The notes below the pieces were generated by a model. It was not told where the DNA came from and did no database searches. It saw nothing but the letters and a program-made list of their open reading frames with translations. A program made the position numbers and the translations under genes. A DNA stretch of 64,000 nucleotides, taken from positions 64,001 to 128,000 of IMG/VR virus record IMGVR_UViG_3300049489_001336; one strand, given 5' to 3'. Each line of letters starts with the position of its first letter. The stretch's first letter is position 1. The DNA comes from a virus. This document shows, piece by piece, positions 28,993 through 38,987 of the stretch.

Positions 28993-29532
28993 ATGCGACG
29001 CTTATTTTATCTTTGTGCACTCTTGAATCTTCTTACGTGTTGTAAGCCCGAAGACCCGCGTGAAGACGCACCTCTGTTGAAGAGGTGGGACCGTAAGCAA
29101 CCCCTTGGGCTCTACCTATCCAAGAATTTAGCCCCATGCCAAGTGGCAGGAATGCACGCCGCAGAAGCCTACTGGGAGGCTTTGACCGGTGAAAATCTGA
29201 TTCTCTACACGGCCACCGTAGAGCCTACGGATGTTTCGATGTCTTCCGCAACACGCCAGGCCTACGTCATTGCGGTGACTCAAGCCCCGATGTACAGGCC
29301 CGATGCGCTAGACCAAGCAGAACTGTTTTCCATGCAGCACAGCGAACAATTTCTACATAGCGTGGAGATCCGTGTCCAAGGCTGCTCTGTTTGGGCGTTC
29401 ACGCATGAGCTAGGGCATGCGTTGGGCCTTGGGCATGCTGTGGGCAGTACCGCGCTAATGCAGCCTACGCATGCTCCTGACGCTTGGGACGTGAGTGTTA
29501 AAGAAATTCGCTTGGTGAAGTATCAGCTTTAG
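28993..29532 (+). CDS. matrixin-like (metzincin M10) lipoprotein
   Basis: Signal peptide ending at Cys; HELGHALGLGH and Met-turn ALMQP. Confidence 0.85.
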   Translation: MRRLFYLCALLNLLTCCKPEDPREDAPLLKRWDRKQPLGLYLSKNLAPCQVAGMHAAEAYWEALTGENLILYTATVEPTDVSMSSATRQAYVIAVTQAPMYRPDALDQAELFSMQHSEQFLHSVEIRVQGCSVWAFTHELGHALGLGHAVGSTALMQPTHAPDAWDVSVKEIRLVKYQL

Positions 29533-29933
29533 AGCTAAAAAAAGCCGCATGACAAGCCGGCTCAGTCTATGCACTGAAAACAATAGACACTGAAAAAGTG
29601 CCAACCCGGTTCAAGCAGGGTGCCGCACTTTGCACACTGCTGACTGCCGTGTCGATAAACTTCTAATTTATCGTCGAGCTCTTTGAGATCTTTTCGTAGA
29701 CGTTCGCGCTTTTCTAACAACGATCGGTACATCGGTAAAAATCGCGACATTGAACCTCTGGAGTTACAAGGCGTCCTCACAAAGCTGTGCTGTTTTTTCG
29801 TGTGCGTACAAAAGCCACGCGGGTTCTTCCCAAGGCATCCCCATCAAGGGATGAACCACTGCGTTATGCACGAATTTCCAAAACAAGAAACGGACACTCT
29901 TCGACATAGGCCCCCCTATGTAGCTGTATGCGC

Positions 29934-30323
29934 TTAGTCAAAATCAAAGGCGCTTGGACAGCTTTTTCCTACGCACACGTCTTCGTATGTTGCTTGGAGA
30001 TTTTGCAGATATTTGCACGCTTTACGGTCAATACCAGCGATTTTGAAGGCGCTTTCCCAAGAGGATGCAACACGTACCACAGTTACATTTCCTGTAATGC
30101 GAACACGGTTTCCATTGCGTTCCTCCCAGGATACCTCAACGCAAGACTCACAGGGAGAAACCCATACGTTGTATAATTCCCAACAACGAAAAGGCGTACC
30201 GCTCCAATCACGTTCTACGACAACCCAATTATTTTCAATGGTACACGCCGTACAGAGTATAAGTAACAGCACCCATTTTAACATGGTTGTAGAATAGCTC
30301 ATGCGCCTCCCTGAGCACTCCAA
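29934..30323 (-). CDS. putative lipoprotein
   Basis: LKWVLLLILCTAC lipobox-like signal; true start is probably an internal Met. Confidence 0.5.
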   Translation of the reverse strand: MECSGRRMSYSTTMLKWVLLLILCTACTIENNWVVVERDWSGTPFRCWELYNVWVSPCESCVEVSWEERNGNRVRITGNVTVVRVASSWESAFKIAGIDRKACKYLQNLQATYEDVCVGKSCPSAFDFD

Positions 30324-30880
30324 TAATCAACGGCACGTCGATGATGAATACTAAATTGGTGCTGTAGCTGTTTCATAACAGGACAATCGCCACTGAAAAG
30401 TACGGCTTCGTCTACGACTTTCCGTGCGGCTTCGGCGTACGCCAAAATCGACTGCGTGCCCCAGCGCGGAGGGTACGCCACGAGGTCATGCACATTGGCC
30501 GTTTTATCGGCAATTTTTACCGCGCGTACGCGATTTGCCGTGTGAGAGTCTTGCATAACCAGAAGCTGGTGATTTGTTTTATACGGCTCTACGCGCGCAT
30601 TGCGAGGCAGCGTCAACAGCAAGACATCTTCTGCGATTTCTTCCCCGAAATCTCTCAAGAGATGTTCTTCAGGATACGCCGTGTCCTCGATGATATCGTG
30701 AAGAAAACCAAGAATAAATATTTCAGAGCCATAGGCGTGCGATGCGCCTACGCTATTTAAGAACTCGTTTACCTGCATGAGGTGCATTACGTATGGCACC
30801 GCAGGGCCGGTTCGCGTCGAACGCACCTGTCCTTGGTGGTACTGCCGAGCAAGGGCCATCGCCTTGATCACCAAATCCAT
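30299..30880 (-). CDS. HD-domain small alarmone hydrolase (RelA/SpoT/Mesh1-like)
   Basis: A...H.GQ.R, PY..H, LHDIIEDT, VKIADK..N; SD AGGAG before ATG 30880. Confidence 0.88.
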   Translation of the reverse strand: MDLVIKAMALARQYHQGQVRSTRTGPAVPYVMHLMQVNEFLNSVGASHAYGSEIFILGFLHDIIEDTAYPEEHLLRDFGEEIAEDVLLLTLPRNARVEPYKTNHQLLVMQDSHTANRVRAVKIADKTANVHDLVAYPPRWGTQSILAYAEAARKVVDEAVLFSGDCPVMKQLQHQFSIHHRRAVDYWSAQGGA

Positions 30881-31072
30881 GTTTTCTCCTTTTAAGATCG
30901 CCCGTATTGCCAGCCTTTGGGTGGACTTCGCATTACCATAGACTTTGTTTCTGTGCACCATTCACAACGGTAAGGACAGCGTACTACTGCAGAGTTTTGC
31001 CCGGCTGCTTCACGCGAGTTGGTGCTTGTTGCATATAAATAACCGTTACAATCTTGGCAATAGACAGCGCAT

Positions 31073-31953
31073 TCATCGATTTCGAGGTGCATCAGCGATC
31101 ACCTTCAACGCTGCTTCCAGCGCTTTACCTGCGTGGGAATGATGGAAAATCAACGCCACAACGTGGGACACCTTAAGGCCGTCTTCGTATGTATATGTCG
31201 AGGTGACAGACGCTGTTCTATTCACGGGGCTCACCACGAACCTAACACCTTTTAAACTAGGGTATGCACGCTGCGCCAATTCGTCTAAATCTTTGGCTTT
31301 ATCTTTTTTAGCGTCTTTTTTTGTGACTACTTTGGCGCGTTTTTGGGGTGCATTACGCTTTGACACACGTGGCATGTCCAAGGACCTTTTCCTAAGCCAA
31401 ACGTACGAAAACGACAGTGCTTACAGAAAAGCTCTACGGCTCTGCTGTTCGCAGGTTCTTGCTTTGTGACATAGCGAGAACCTTTCAGACTATCGTAGCT
31501 CCTTGTCATACACCCCTCAGCTAAAAAACGAAAGCGACGCACCTGACATGCCAGACTGTAGTCTGGGCTAGTCGGAATCGCCGCTTTCAAACAAAGCAAC
31601 GCTTTGTCATGTTCTTATACCTAAATTCGTTTGTTTTTTATTGAACCACTGGCTTTGGGCTTTTTAGAGCTCAAGTGCTTTACAACAAAGCCTACATTGC
31701 GCAGCTCTCGTTGATATTCTTCGAAGAGGTCTTCGAACACTTCTTCGAAGTTTGCAACGCACGTATTGTGTTTTATCAACACTGCCGCAGTTCCGAGTGC
31801 TTGCAGCTCGCGTTTGAGCCCGTTTAAATCATAGCAGTAAACCGCGTTACGTTTGATATGCAAAACCACTTGGCCTTTTGACCACTGGGCTTTGTCTAAA
31901 ACTGCGTCCATGGCATCGAACGCAGTATCGCCTTGTTCGTCGATAAGGTCCAT
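31073..31953 (-). other. hypothetical ORFs 31073..31381 and 31621..31953
   Basis: Co-directional ORFs with SD-like sequences; no motif recognised. Confidence 0.5.
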
Positions 31954-32098
31954 GTGCCCTCACTAAAAATTAGCGTACCCGTACAGCAACATGGCGACGG
32001 CAATTAGTACAATCACAACCAAGGCAGGTACAGGGTTGCAGACAAAGACAATGACGTCACAAACAAAATCAAGTAACTCATCCGTTACTGTGGGTTCT

Positions 32099-32608
32099 TC
32101 ATCCGACATCGTCGACAAGAATCCAATCGTTTGCGAGAACATCTGTTTGCGACGCGAACCAAGGAACTAGTTTATTGTCTGCCGTCTTCATGACGATGAA
32201 CGGCAACCATGTTCCTACGCAGGGATCGATTTCACGGACTTTGAATTCCTTGTCCGAATAAAGGTCCACGTAGCGTAGCCACATGCCTTTCCCGTTCCAG
32301 CCGGTGCGTGCGACGCGTTTTCCTTGTTTAAGTAATGTGATGGCATCCCCGAAATTCATACATTCCCCTTTCACCGTACGCCTTACCCCTAAGGCGCCAG
32401 GTTCAATGTCTTCTAAGTCTAACAACGCAGGCGCTTTAGGCTGACTTACATGCCAAGCTTCAATTTGTGCATGTTCGTCGGCGCTAAGCGTCCACCAAAG
32501 GTCACTGAGCTCTTCGGCACGTCGGGACTCTTCTGCGTCCGACAACGGCCTGTCTAATTCCAGTTTTATGAACAAATCGAGATAGCGCTCAACACTCATG
32601 GTGTTCAC
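32099..32608 (-). CDS. tad2: DUF2829 / Tad2-like anti-Thoeris sponge domain (32099..32359) in frame with an 83-aa N-terminal extension
   Basis: MNFGDAI.LLK.GKRVAR.GWNGKGMWL...MKTADNKLVPW.ASQTD.LA.DW; internal SD AAGGGG before ATG 32359. Confidence 0.85.
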   Translation of the reverse strand: MNTMSVERYLDLFIKLELDRPLSDAEESRRAEELSDLWWTLSADEHAQIEAWHVSQPKAPALLDLEDIEPGALGVRRTVKGECMNFGDAITLLKQGKRVARTGWNGKGMWLRYVDLYSDKEFKVREIDPCVGTWLPFIVMKTADNKLVPWFASQTDVLANDWILVDDVG

Positions 32609-33488
32609 CTACCCAAGCCGTCGGGCCTAGTTCTGCAATTAGACCCCCAGGGAAGCGTACCACGGTAACGCGTGTTCCTACATTGTTTGTGTATTCGTAT
32701 TCAATGGTACCGCGCGTGCCTGGCGCAACTCGCTGGTATGTGTTGGGCGTATCTTCGTGTTCGGCCCAAACCGAACCCAGGTTGACTACGTATTGCTCAT
32801 CTACTGCCACGTGAAACTTACCTGTAGATGCGTCACGACATATTCGACAGCGCGAAATACAATGTAACCAGCGCCGCCAAGGGCACCCAAAAACATAACC
32901 CATTCTCTGCGGCTGGTCACGAACATGGATCATACCTTCTTAGGGTATACCACCCCGGCACGGCGAAGTCTGGCCTCTAATGTTTTTACTTTACGTGAAA
33001 GCTTTTGGTTGCGCTCTTCGAGCGAAAATAAGCGGATGCGCAAATCACACTCAGAGCAAGTGCCGTAAATATGCCCATGTTCGCAGCCATCGTCGGTACG
33101 ATTGAACTGCCCACGGGGATCAATGGGCAGTTCGTGGATACGCGCTTTGAGTTTTTCGATGACAATTTTAGAAGACTTAAAGCGCAGAGGTTGCTTGACG
33201 TTCACGCGTTTTCTCTCCCGAGCTCAACAAATGCCGGATACGAGAAAGTGTATTTTCGACCCCTTGAATCAACTCGTGAGGCGCACTTTTGCCGTACCCT
33301 TCGTAGGTACTCAGCGTCGTAACGCCAAACAAGTCAGGTCTATCGGGTTCCCAGGTAACTACGATTTTGTCGCCGACATACGCAATATCAATGAACGTTT
33401 CATTTGGGTAGCGCTCTACCTCTAGATGTACATTTTCACATTTAGCTGCTTCTAGTTTGGATACAAGCAAATCAACAGGATGTGACAT
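32589..33488 (-). other. three hypothetical ORFs (32589..32933, 32930..33205, 33177..33488)
   Basis: Overlapping stop/start coupling. Confidence 0.5.
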
Positions 33489-33545
33489 AAAACCTCCAAA
33501 AGGAAAAAGACGGTGCAGCGATTAAGCTCACCGTCTGAAAATTAA

Positions 33546-33655
33546 AGAGTAGCAAAAAGAGAAGAGTATCGAGCTACCAATGCTCGGTCTGCGGCATAAG
33601 AGGAGCCGCAGATTGGATTCGAACCAATAATGTACACCCTTCAGGCATCTACTCT
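33546..33655 (-). ncRNA. Y-RNA-like unit G with permuted tRNA-like domain
   Basis: Terminal helix AGAGUAG/CUACUCU; T arm AUUGG-UUCGAAU-CCAAU, then closed stem CUGCGGC/GCCGCAG, then D-like arm CGAGC-AUUGGUA-GCUCG. Confidence 0.8.
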
Positions 33656-33867
33656 AACGTTGAGTTTAGACCTATGTAGTGCAAAACGCAACTACATGGT
33701 CATATAACTCTTTTTACAACGAACACACGCTACGCGGTACGGCGGTGCTAGCCCCATAAAACCATGGGCTTCCAAAATCACGGTCGAATGAAAACCCATG
33801 AAACACAAAAAGCGCCCGAACATACGACTCCAACCTTGGCGTTTTGGAAGGGTTGTAAGCATCGCAG

Positions 33868-34113
33868 TTACGTTTTGGGTTTGACTCCCATGTCGGAGTC
33901 ACAGAGGGCTTTGGTGAACTTATTGATACTCATGTAGAGTTCACGCTCGGCTTGGCGCACCTTAGGTTGCGCGTCGTTATTTCTAAGCCAATTGAGCCGA
34001 GTATTGATTTCTTCTTGGAACTTTGCGAGATCGGCTCTGCCTTCACGCGTCATCACCAGCGTGCACATTTCATCGACAAGTTTATCTACGAGCCAATCCG
34101 TTACGGTTGACAT
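33868..34113 (-). CDS. hypothetical protein
   Basis: 81-aa ORF with SD GGAGGAG, lying between ncRNA units. Confidence 0.6.
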   Translation of the reverse strand: MSTVTDWLVDKLVDEMCTLVMTREGRADLAKFQEEINTRLNWLRNNDAQPKVRQAERELYMSINKFTKALCDSDMGVKPKT

Positions 34114-34180
34114 TGCGGTGTTCTCCTCCGATTAAAAGAAACACGATTACTACAAGACACTGTTTTTTGCAAAAAAAAAA

Positions 34181-34209
34181 ACGTAGCTACAAACAAGCTG
34201 TAGCTACGT
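34181..34209 (-). terminator. intrinsic terminator after Y-like unit H
   Basis: 11-bp inverted repeat ACGTAGCTACA/TGTAGCTACGT followed on the minus strand by a U10 tract. Confidence 0.8.
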
Positions 34210-34216
34210 AAAAAGA

Positions 34217-34367
34217 AGCGGTAACAAAAAGTGAAAAGTCGTTTGGCTTTTGCTCTACCAACTGAGCTACCAGCCTGTAAAGACTTCTGTAAAGACTTCT
34301 GGCAGGCTGGGATGGACTCGAACCACCGACCCAAAGTGTGGATGTAGACCTTTCGGCATTTACCGCT
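34217..34367 (-). ncRNA. Y-RNA-like unit H (YrlA-type)
   Basis: Terminal helix AGCGGUAA/UUACCGCU, GCCGAAAG in the 5' strand, T arm, stem CCAGCCU/AGGCUGG with G-CCA in the closing loop, D arm UAGCUCAGUUGGUAGAGC. Confidence 0.85.
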
Positions 34368-34453
34368 GGTGCAGGAGGAAGGACTCGAACCTCCGAAGTG
34401 CTAAGCACATCTGGTTTACAGCCAGACCCCTTTGCCGCTCGGGACAATCCTGC
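34367..34453 (-). tRNA. trnY: tRNA-Tyr(GUA)
   Basis: Anticodon arm UCUGG-CUGUAAA-CCAGA, variable arm, CCA whose last A is the first base of unit H. Confidence 0.92.
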
Positions 34454-34458
34454 AAAAA

Positions 34459-34591
34459 GAAACAGCAAAATTAGAAGAGTTTATTTTATACTGGTTACCC
34501 AACGCCCCCATAGATTGGTGGAGGCAAGCGGATTCGAACCGCAACAGTCCTTTTGGTCAAAAAAGATGTAAACCCTTCAGGTATCTGTTTC
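34459..34591 (-). ncRNA. Y-RNA-like unit I with Ala-type acceptor stem
   Basis: Terminal helix GAAACAG/CUGUUUC; T loop UUCGAAU; UGCCUCC-A-CCA-AUCUAU-GGGGGCG. Confidence 0.78.
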
Positions 34592-34615
34592 AAAACTCAG
34601 TATGCCGAAACGTGT

Positions 34616-35212
34616 TCAGTCGTGCAAGGCGCCCGAGAACGCAGCCATGAAGTCCACTTCTTCGAGCTTCTTCACGTCCACGATATCATGCTTGGCGCCC
34701 TTGAGGTCGTCATCCAACGCCGTCAAGAAGTTCTGCAGGTCGGGCGCGATATTTCCCACCGTGAGGAAGGAAATCGCAAACTCGTGCTCATCCCGAATGT
34801 CATTGCTGATGTCGATGATGACCTTCTTCACAGCCGCACGGTCCGCAGGCTCGCCGTCGGTGGCGACGAACAGTAGCGTCTGCGCGTACTTGCCTTCCTT
34901 GTGCAGGCTGTAGGCGGCCTTGATAAGCGCGGCGGTGTCCGTCATGCCTTCATTGGCCTTGAGCCCGCCAATGACGTCGTGGGCCTTTTCTGCGGTCACA
35001 TTGCGATAGGGCGTGACCTTCGCGCCAAAGGTGAGGACGTCGATTCCATCTTCGTCCCACTTGCTGGCCTCCGTAGCGAACGTCTTGACCTGTTCCTTGA
35101 GGTACTCAATGCGTGAGGTACCGTTGGGACAATCCGTGGTCTGCATCGAAGCAGAAACGTCCACGCCAAAGATGAAGTTGTCACCGCGATTGAGTTCAAG
35201 CTGAGAAGACAT
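34616..35212 (-). CDS. vWA domain protein
   Basis: MIDAS DVSASM...T...VATDG; visibly GC3-rich codons; probable ATG at 35212. Confidence 0.85.
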   Translation of the reverse strand: MSSQLELNRGDNFIFGVDVSASMQTTDCPNGTSRIEYLKEQVKTFATEASKWDEDGIDVLTFGAKVTPYRNVTAEKAHDVIGGLKANEGMTDTAALIKAAYSLHKEGKYAQTLLFVATDGEPADRAAVKKVIIDISNDIRDEHEFAISFLTVGNIAPDLQNFLTALDDDLKGAKHDIVDVKKLEEVDFMAAFSGALHD

Positions 35213-35508
35213 GTTTCTTTTCTTTCTTTTTTCGGAAATCCACAAATAAATAAACAACAATTAAAGAAGAGACATCACCGAAAGTTTTGTCTCAAACAGC
35301 TTTGACTGTGTACTCGGGAGGTACAAAGAACGCAAGGACTTCTTTGTACACCAGCGAGTCATCGAGCTTATCATGCACATGGAGAAAATACCGAGAACCC
35401 CAACATAGAATTTCCACGCGAGGTTGAAACGGAGGAATTTTCACGTCCGTAACGAATTGACCATCTTTGGTGTAAAGATGCGCCACTTCGTAGAATTCGC
35501 CGTTGACT

Positions 35509-35937
35509 TTATCCACGGTCACTTCCAATTCCATAAGACATGACGGTGGATTTAAAGTGGTGTGACCACTCCCATTCGTCGAGGACGAATTGACAAAACT
35601 GCCGCTCAGTAACGGTAATTTCATCGGCCGTGCTCATTTCGAGCATACGGATAGTCTTGTTGTATTCTTTGACATGCGATACAGGCTCAACGCAGCTGAT
35701 TTGGCGAATCACCTCAGCTTTATTGACTGCCTTGTCCAGCATCAGCGTAAGCTCTTGAATAGCTGCCGCACGGTAGGCTTTGCAGGCCAACACGTATTCT
35801 TCTTGATGCTTATTTCGGTTAAGCCGAATCGCATCCAAAAGCGTTTCTTTATTGATCGTTACCTTGCCCGTGCCAAAGTCATTTAACATACTTTGCCCTG
35901 TATTTAGAGAGTTCCGCTTTAAGTTCGCGGTTCTCAC
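35509..35937 (-). CDS. hypothetical protein
   Basis: Coiled/helical ORF; start uncertain. Confidence 0.5.
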   Translation of the reverse strand: MRTANLKRNSLNTGQSMLNDFGTGKVTINKETLLDAIRLNRNKHQEEYVLACKAYRAAAIQELTLMLDKAVNKAEVIRQISCVEPVSHVKEYNKTIRMLEMSTADEITVTERQFCQFVLDEWEWSHHFKSTVMSYGIGSDRG

Positions 35938-36738
35938 GTGCTAAAGAAGAAATCTTTGCGTCGCGCGCAACGATCATTTTACGAAATTTGTCGTAGTCTG
36001 CACATATCGTGCAGTCGTCTTTCCAACGCTTGTGCTCGCAGGCGCTGGGCCCTGTGTAATTGCCGCAGTCGTCGGTCCAATTGGGCATAAATCCCCGTCT
36101 AATTTCTTATACCAAGAAAAGACGGGAAACCATCAATCGTTGATTGCCGTGCATTCTTTCGGAGAATGATGCTCCAGGCATTTATACATGAGCTCGTGTT
36201 TTTCACACGACTCAAAGCACGACGCAACAGCCCACGGCCCAAATAAAATCAACGCAAACCAAATGTAGTCGGGCATACTCCCTCAATCTGCCGGCGGTGC
36301 ACGTTGCGGTACACACTGTTCAATACACTCTTGATGCAGCCAATAATTTTGGCATGAATGAACGACGTTTAAAAGAAACAGCATCAACAAGACGAGGGCA
36401 AGTAAACCTTGATTCCCCACAAAGCCTCTTTGTAAAGACCCGCAGTATCTTTCCGCGCTGCGGGCGGCCACGGTCTACGAACACACACCTATTCGTAAAA
36501 TAGGCGAGGTTATTGCCTCTACGAAGTCGTGCGAATTCCAACCTACGTATAGGTATTTAAACTGGTTGGGGCGACCTTCCAGGAGCTATACGCGACTGCT
36601 CTGCTGCCACAGCACTGGCTTCATCCCACACCTGGCAGGGCGTGTTTATGGACTTATCCCAGTCTATAATCAAATTGCACGACTTCGTAGAAGCAACAAC
36701 CTGAGGAGAAGGGACTCTACAAGGAGAGCTTTCTTCTT

Positions 36739-37566
36739 TCAAGGAGTTTTTTCTATTCTGTCGAGATAACGCTGCGCAAGGGTGCTGCACACGGTTTTAC
36801 GTGTTGCTTCACCCAAGTAAAAACCGGCATTTGGGTACTGATAGTCGCGCCACGCCGTGTCCAACCAGCGCGAATAATACGGGTATACTTCTTGTAAATT
36901 TGTTTTGAACTTACCGCGTTGACGGTCAATGACGTCTTCCACTCGCCGCAAACTATTGCGCGCGGGCCCGCCGTTGATTCCATCAAGGTATTTCAAAAAG
37001 CTTTCAGCTTCGGTGAGAGGCTTTGGCTTTTCGTCGGACTTCAGGGTTTTTAGGCATTCGTTTGCAAGAATGTCCAACGTCAAATTCGCCACGGTAGCCC
37101 CGACTTTTTTCTCGGCAGCGTAGTAACTGTTATAGCGGCGCATCGCATAGCTTACAGTTACATGCAGGGCGTTTTTTACGCTGTCCAATGTTAATTGATC
37201 TCTCGGTTTCTGCGAGATCATCGCAAAAACTTCTACATACCTTGCAATGACCGCATTCACAGGGCCTTTGGTAATGAAATGCGCAAACGTCTCTGCACGA
37301 GTTTTCTGCGCTTCTGTAGGCTCTTTTACCCGTGATTTTTCCGCGTCGACTTGGGGAATGACGCTGCTTTGGTACGTAAGATTGAGCCTTATTTCTTTGA
37401 CGATAGGCTGCAGTTCCGAAGTCCACGTACGCCCATGCTCTGCGCAAGCCACGCCCTGCTCGTGCAGCTTTTTACGCTTCTCCTCGGCGCACTTGGGACA
37501 GCTGAAGCGATGGGGGAGCTGAAGGTTATGCGCTTGGCAGGTGTACTTGAAAACGTCGTAACCCAT
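36739..37566 (-). CDS. hypothetical protein with N-terminal Cys/His (zinc-ribbon-like) region
   Basis: C..H...CPKC...C.EH; SD AGGAG before ATG 37566. Confidence 0.6.
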   Translation of the reverse strand: MGYDVFKYTCQAHNLQLPHRFSCPKCAEEKRKKLHEQGVACAEHGRTWTSELQPIVKEIRLNLTYQSSVIPQVDAEKSRVKEPTEAQKTRAETFAHFITKGPVNAVIARYVEVFAMISQKPRDQLTLDSVKNALHVTVSYAMRRYNSYYAAEKKVGATVANLTLDILANECLKTLKSDEKPKPLTEAESFLKYLDGINGGPARNSLRRVEDVIDRQRGKFKTNLQEVYPYYSRWLDTAWRDYQYPNAGFYLGEATRKTVCSTLAQRYLDRIEKTP

Positions 37567-37983
37567 GGAAGATCTCCTATTTACGGGGTTTATTACGAGG
37601 CTTTTTGCGGTGCTCTTTCTTTTCGAGCATCGTGGCCAAATCAAAAAGCCGCGTCAGGTGGAGTTCCTTGGCGCGACTACGAATGAACGCAATGGTGTCT
37701 TCGAGTTCTTTTTCACGGCCTCGGGCGTAGGCCGTTTTATGTATTTTGAAAAAGGCCAACATCTCCGGATTGTCACGGAGATATTGTTCAAGTTCTTTTA
37801 CCTCGATCTCTTCGCTTTTGGTGCTCACGCCGCATTCTCCATAGTTTGTACTGGGCGAGTAGATGCCCTATCCAAAAACCCGCTAGGAGCAACACCACGA
37901 AAAGGTACTGACGCGTACCAAAGAAGAACCCGACGAGAAAAAGCAGCATAATTGCGATGGCTAGTTCTCTGTTTTTCGGGTCT

Positions 37984-38523
37984 TTAAACACGACGATCGC
38001 CCCAGAAGAAATAGTCGGTGTACAGCATAGCCACTGCGCGTCGCACATACGAGGTATCTTGGTACGCCATGACGGCTGCTTTGAGTTCTTCCGCAGCGGT
38101 TTTAATGACATCGACATAGCTGTGACTTGCTTCGGTCCACAGGGCATAAGCCCAGGCGGGGTCTGGTTCTCCTTCTCCAAGTTTTTGCAGCAAAGACTTT
38201 TCTACTGCTTGCTGTTCTCTAGCCGCTGCAGGCGAAGAGTTTTCAATCCAGTTAATCAAGGTAATAGCGTGGCCCGCATACTCTTGGTAGTCGATAATCA
38301 TGAGTTTATTGTACAAGTATTCCTGTAAATAATCGTAGGGTTCTACGGGTTGCTTGGGAAACAACGCGTGTTTTTCTGCGACGTAGAGACCGCGCTCCAA
38401 CAAAGACGTTACAGCTGTTTCTTGTTTACGTTCAGGGGGATCACAGTAATTGCATACGGCAGAGACAAACAACAACGTCATTTTTCGATAGCAGCCAGGG
38501 CAATAAAGTACGGGGTCAGTCAC
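37984..38523 (-). CDS. hypothetical protein, paralog of 38532..38987, with extra N-terminal CxxC...CxxC
   Basis: Shared C-terminus YTD(Y/H)FFWGDRR. Confidence 0.7.
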   Translation of the reverse strand: MTDPVLYCPGCYRKMTLLFVSAVCNYCDPPERKQETAVTSLLERGLYVAEKHALFPKQPVEPYDYLQEYLYNKLMIIDYQEYAGHAITLINWIENSSPAAAREQQAVEKSLLQKLGEGEPDPAWAYALWTEASHSYVDVIKTAAEELKAAVMAYQDTSYVRRAVAMLYTDYFFWGDRRV

Positions 38524-38531
38524 AAACCCTC

Positions 38532-38987
38532 CTAAAGGTCAAAACGACGATCGCCCCAAAAGAAATGGTCTGTGTATCCCATGGCTAACGCTTTTTGAGC
38601 CACTGCAGGAACAGACTCCGGTGGAAAAGGAGGGCTGTCTTCTTTTTCCATTTTACATAATTTGGTGTACACGTGATGTGTTATGCCCCAAATTTCGTAC
38701 GCAGCAGGTTCTCCAACCTTGGTTAACGTGACGAGATCTGAGATAAATATCTCAATCTCTTTTTGTTTTTCAGAAAGCTCCGCAGAGCTTTCAATTATAT
38801 CTATCAAAGTCAGCGCTGCCGCAAGGTGTTCACTAGGATCTGGAATACCCAGTACACCTTTGAAATAACGGTCCAGGTATTCGATAATACTCGCTGGTTT
38901 TTGTTTAAATGCGGCGTGGTTTTGCGCAATAAAATCACAAAACTCTTTGTCTTTAGGGCTTGTGAACTTATCAGGGACTAAAAGCAT
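38532..38987 (-). CDS. hypothetical protein, paralog of 37984..38523
   Basis: TLI..IE.S, GEP...Y..W and YTDHFFWGDRR shared with the neighbour. Confidence 0.7.
   Translation of the reverse strand: MLLVPDKFTSPKDKEFCDFIAQNHAAFKQKPASIIEYLDRYFKGVLGIPDPSEHLAAALTLIDIIESSAELSEKQKEIEIFISDLVTLTKVGEPAAYEIWGITHHVYTKLCKMEKEDSPPFPPESVPAVAQKALAMGYTDHFFWGDRRFDL

Noticed and set aside
34459-34591. Two-piece tmRNA
   Set aside because: Ala identity elements are present but the unit is 133 nt with no tag reading frame or pseudoknots, and it shares the Y-like scaffold.
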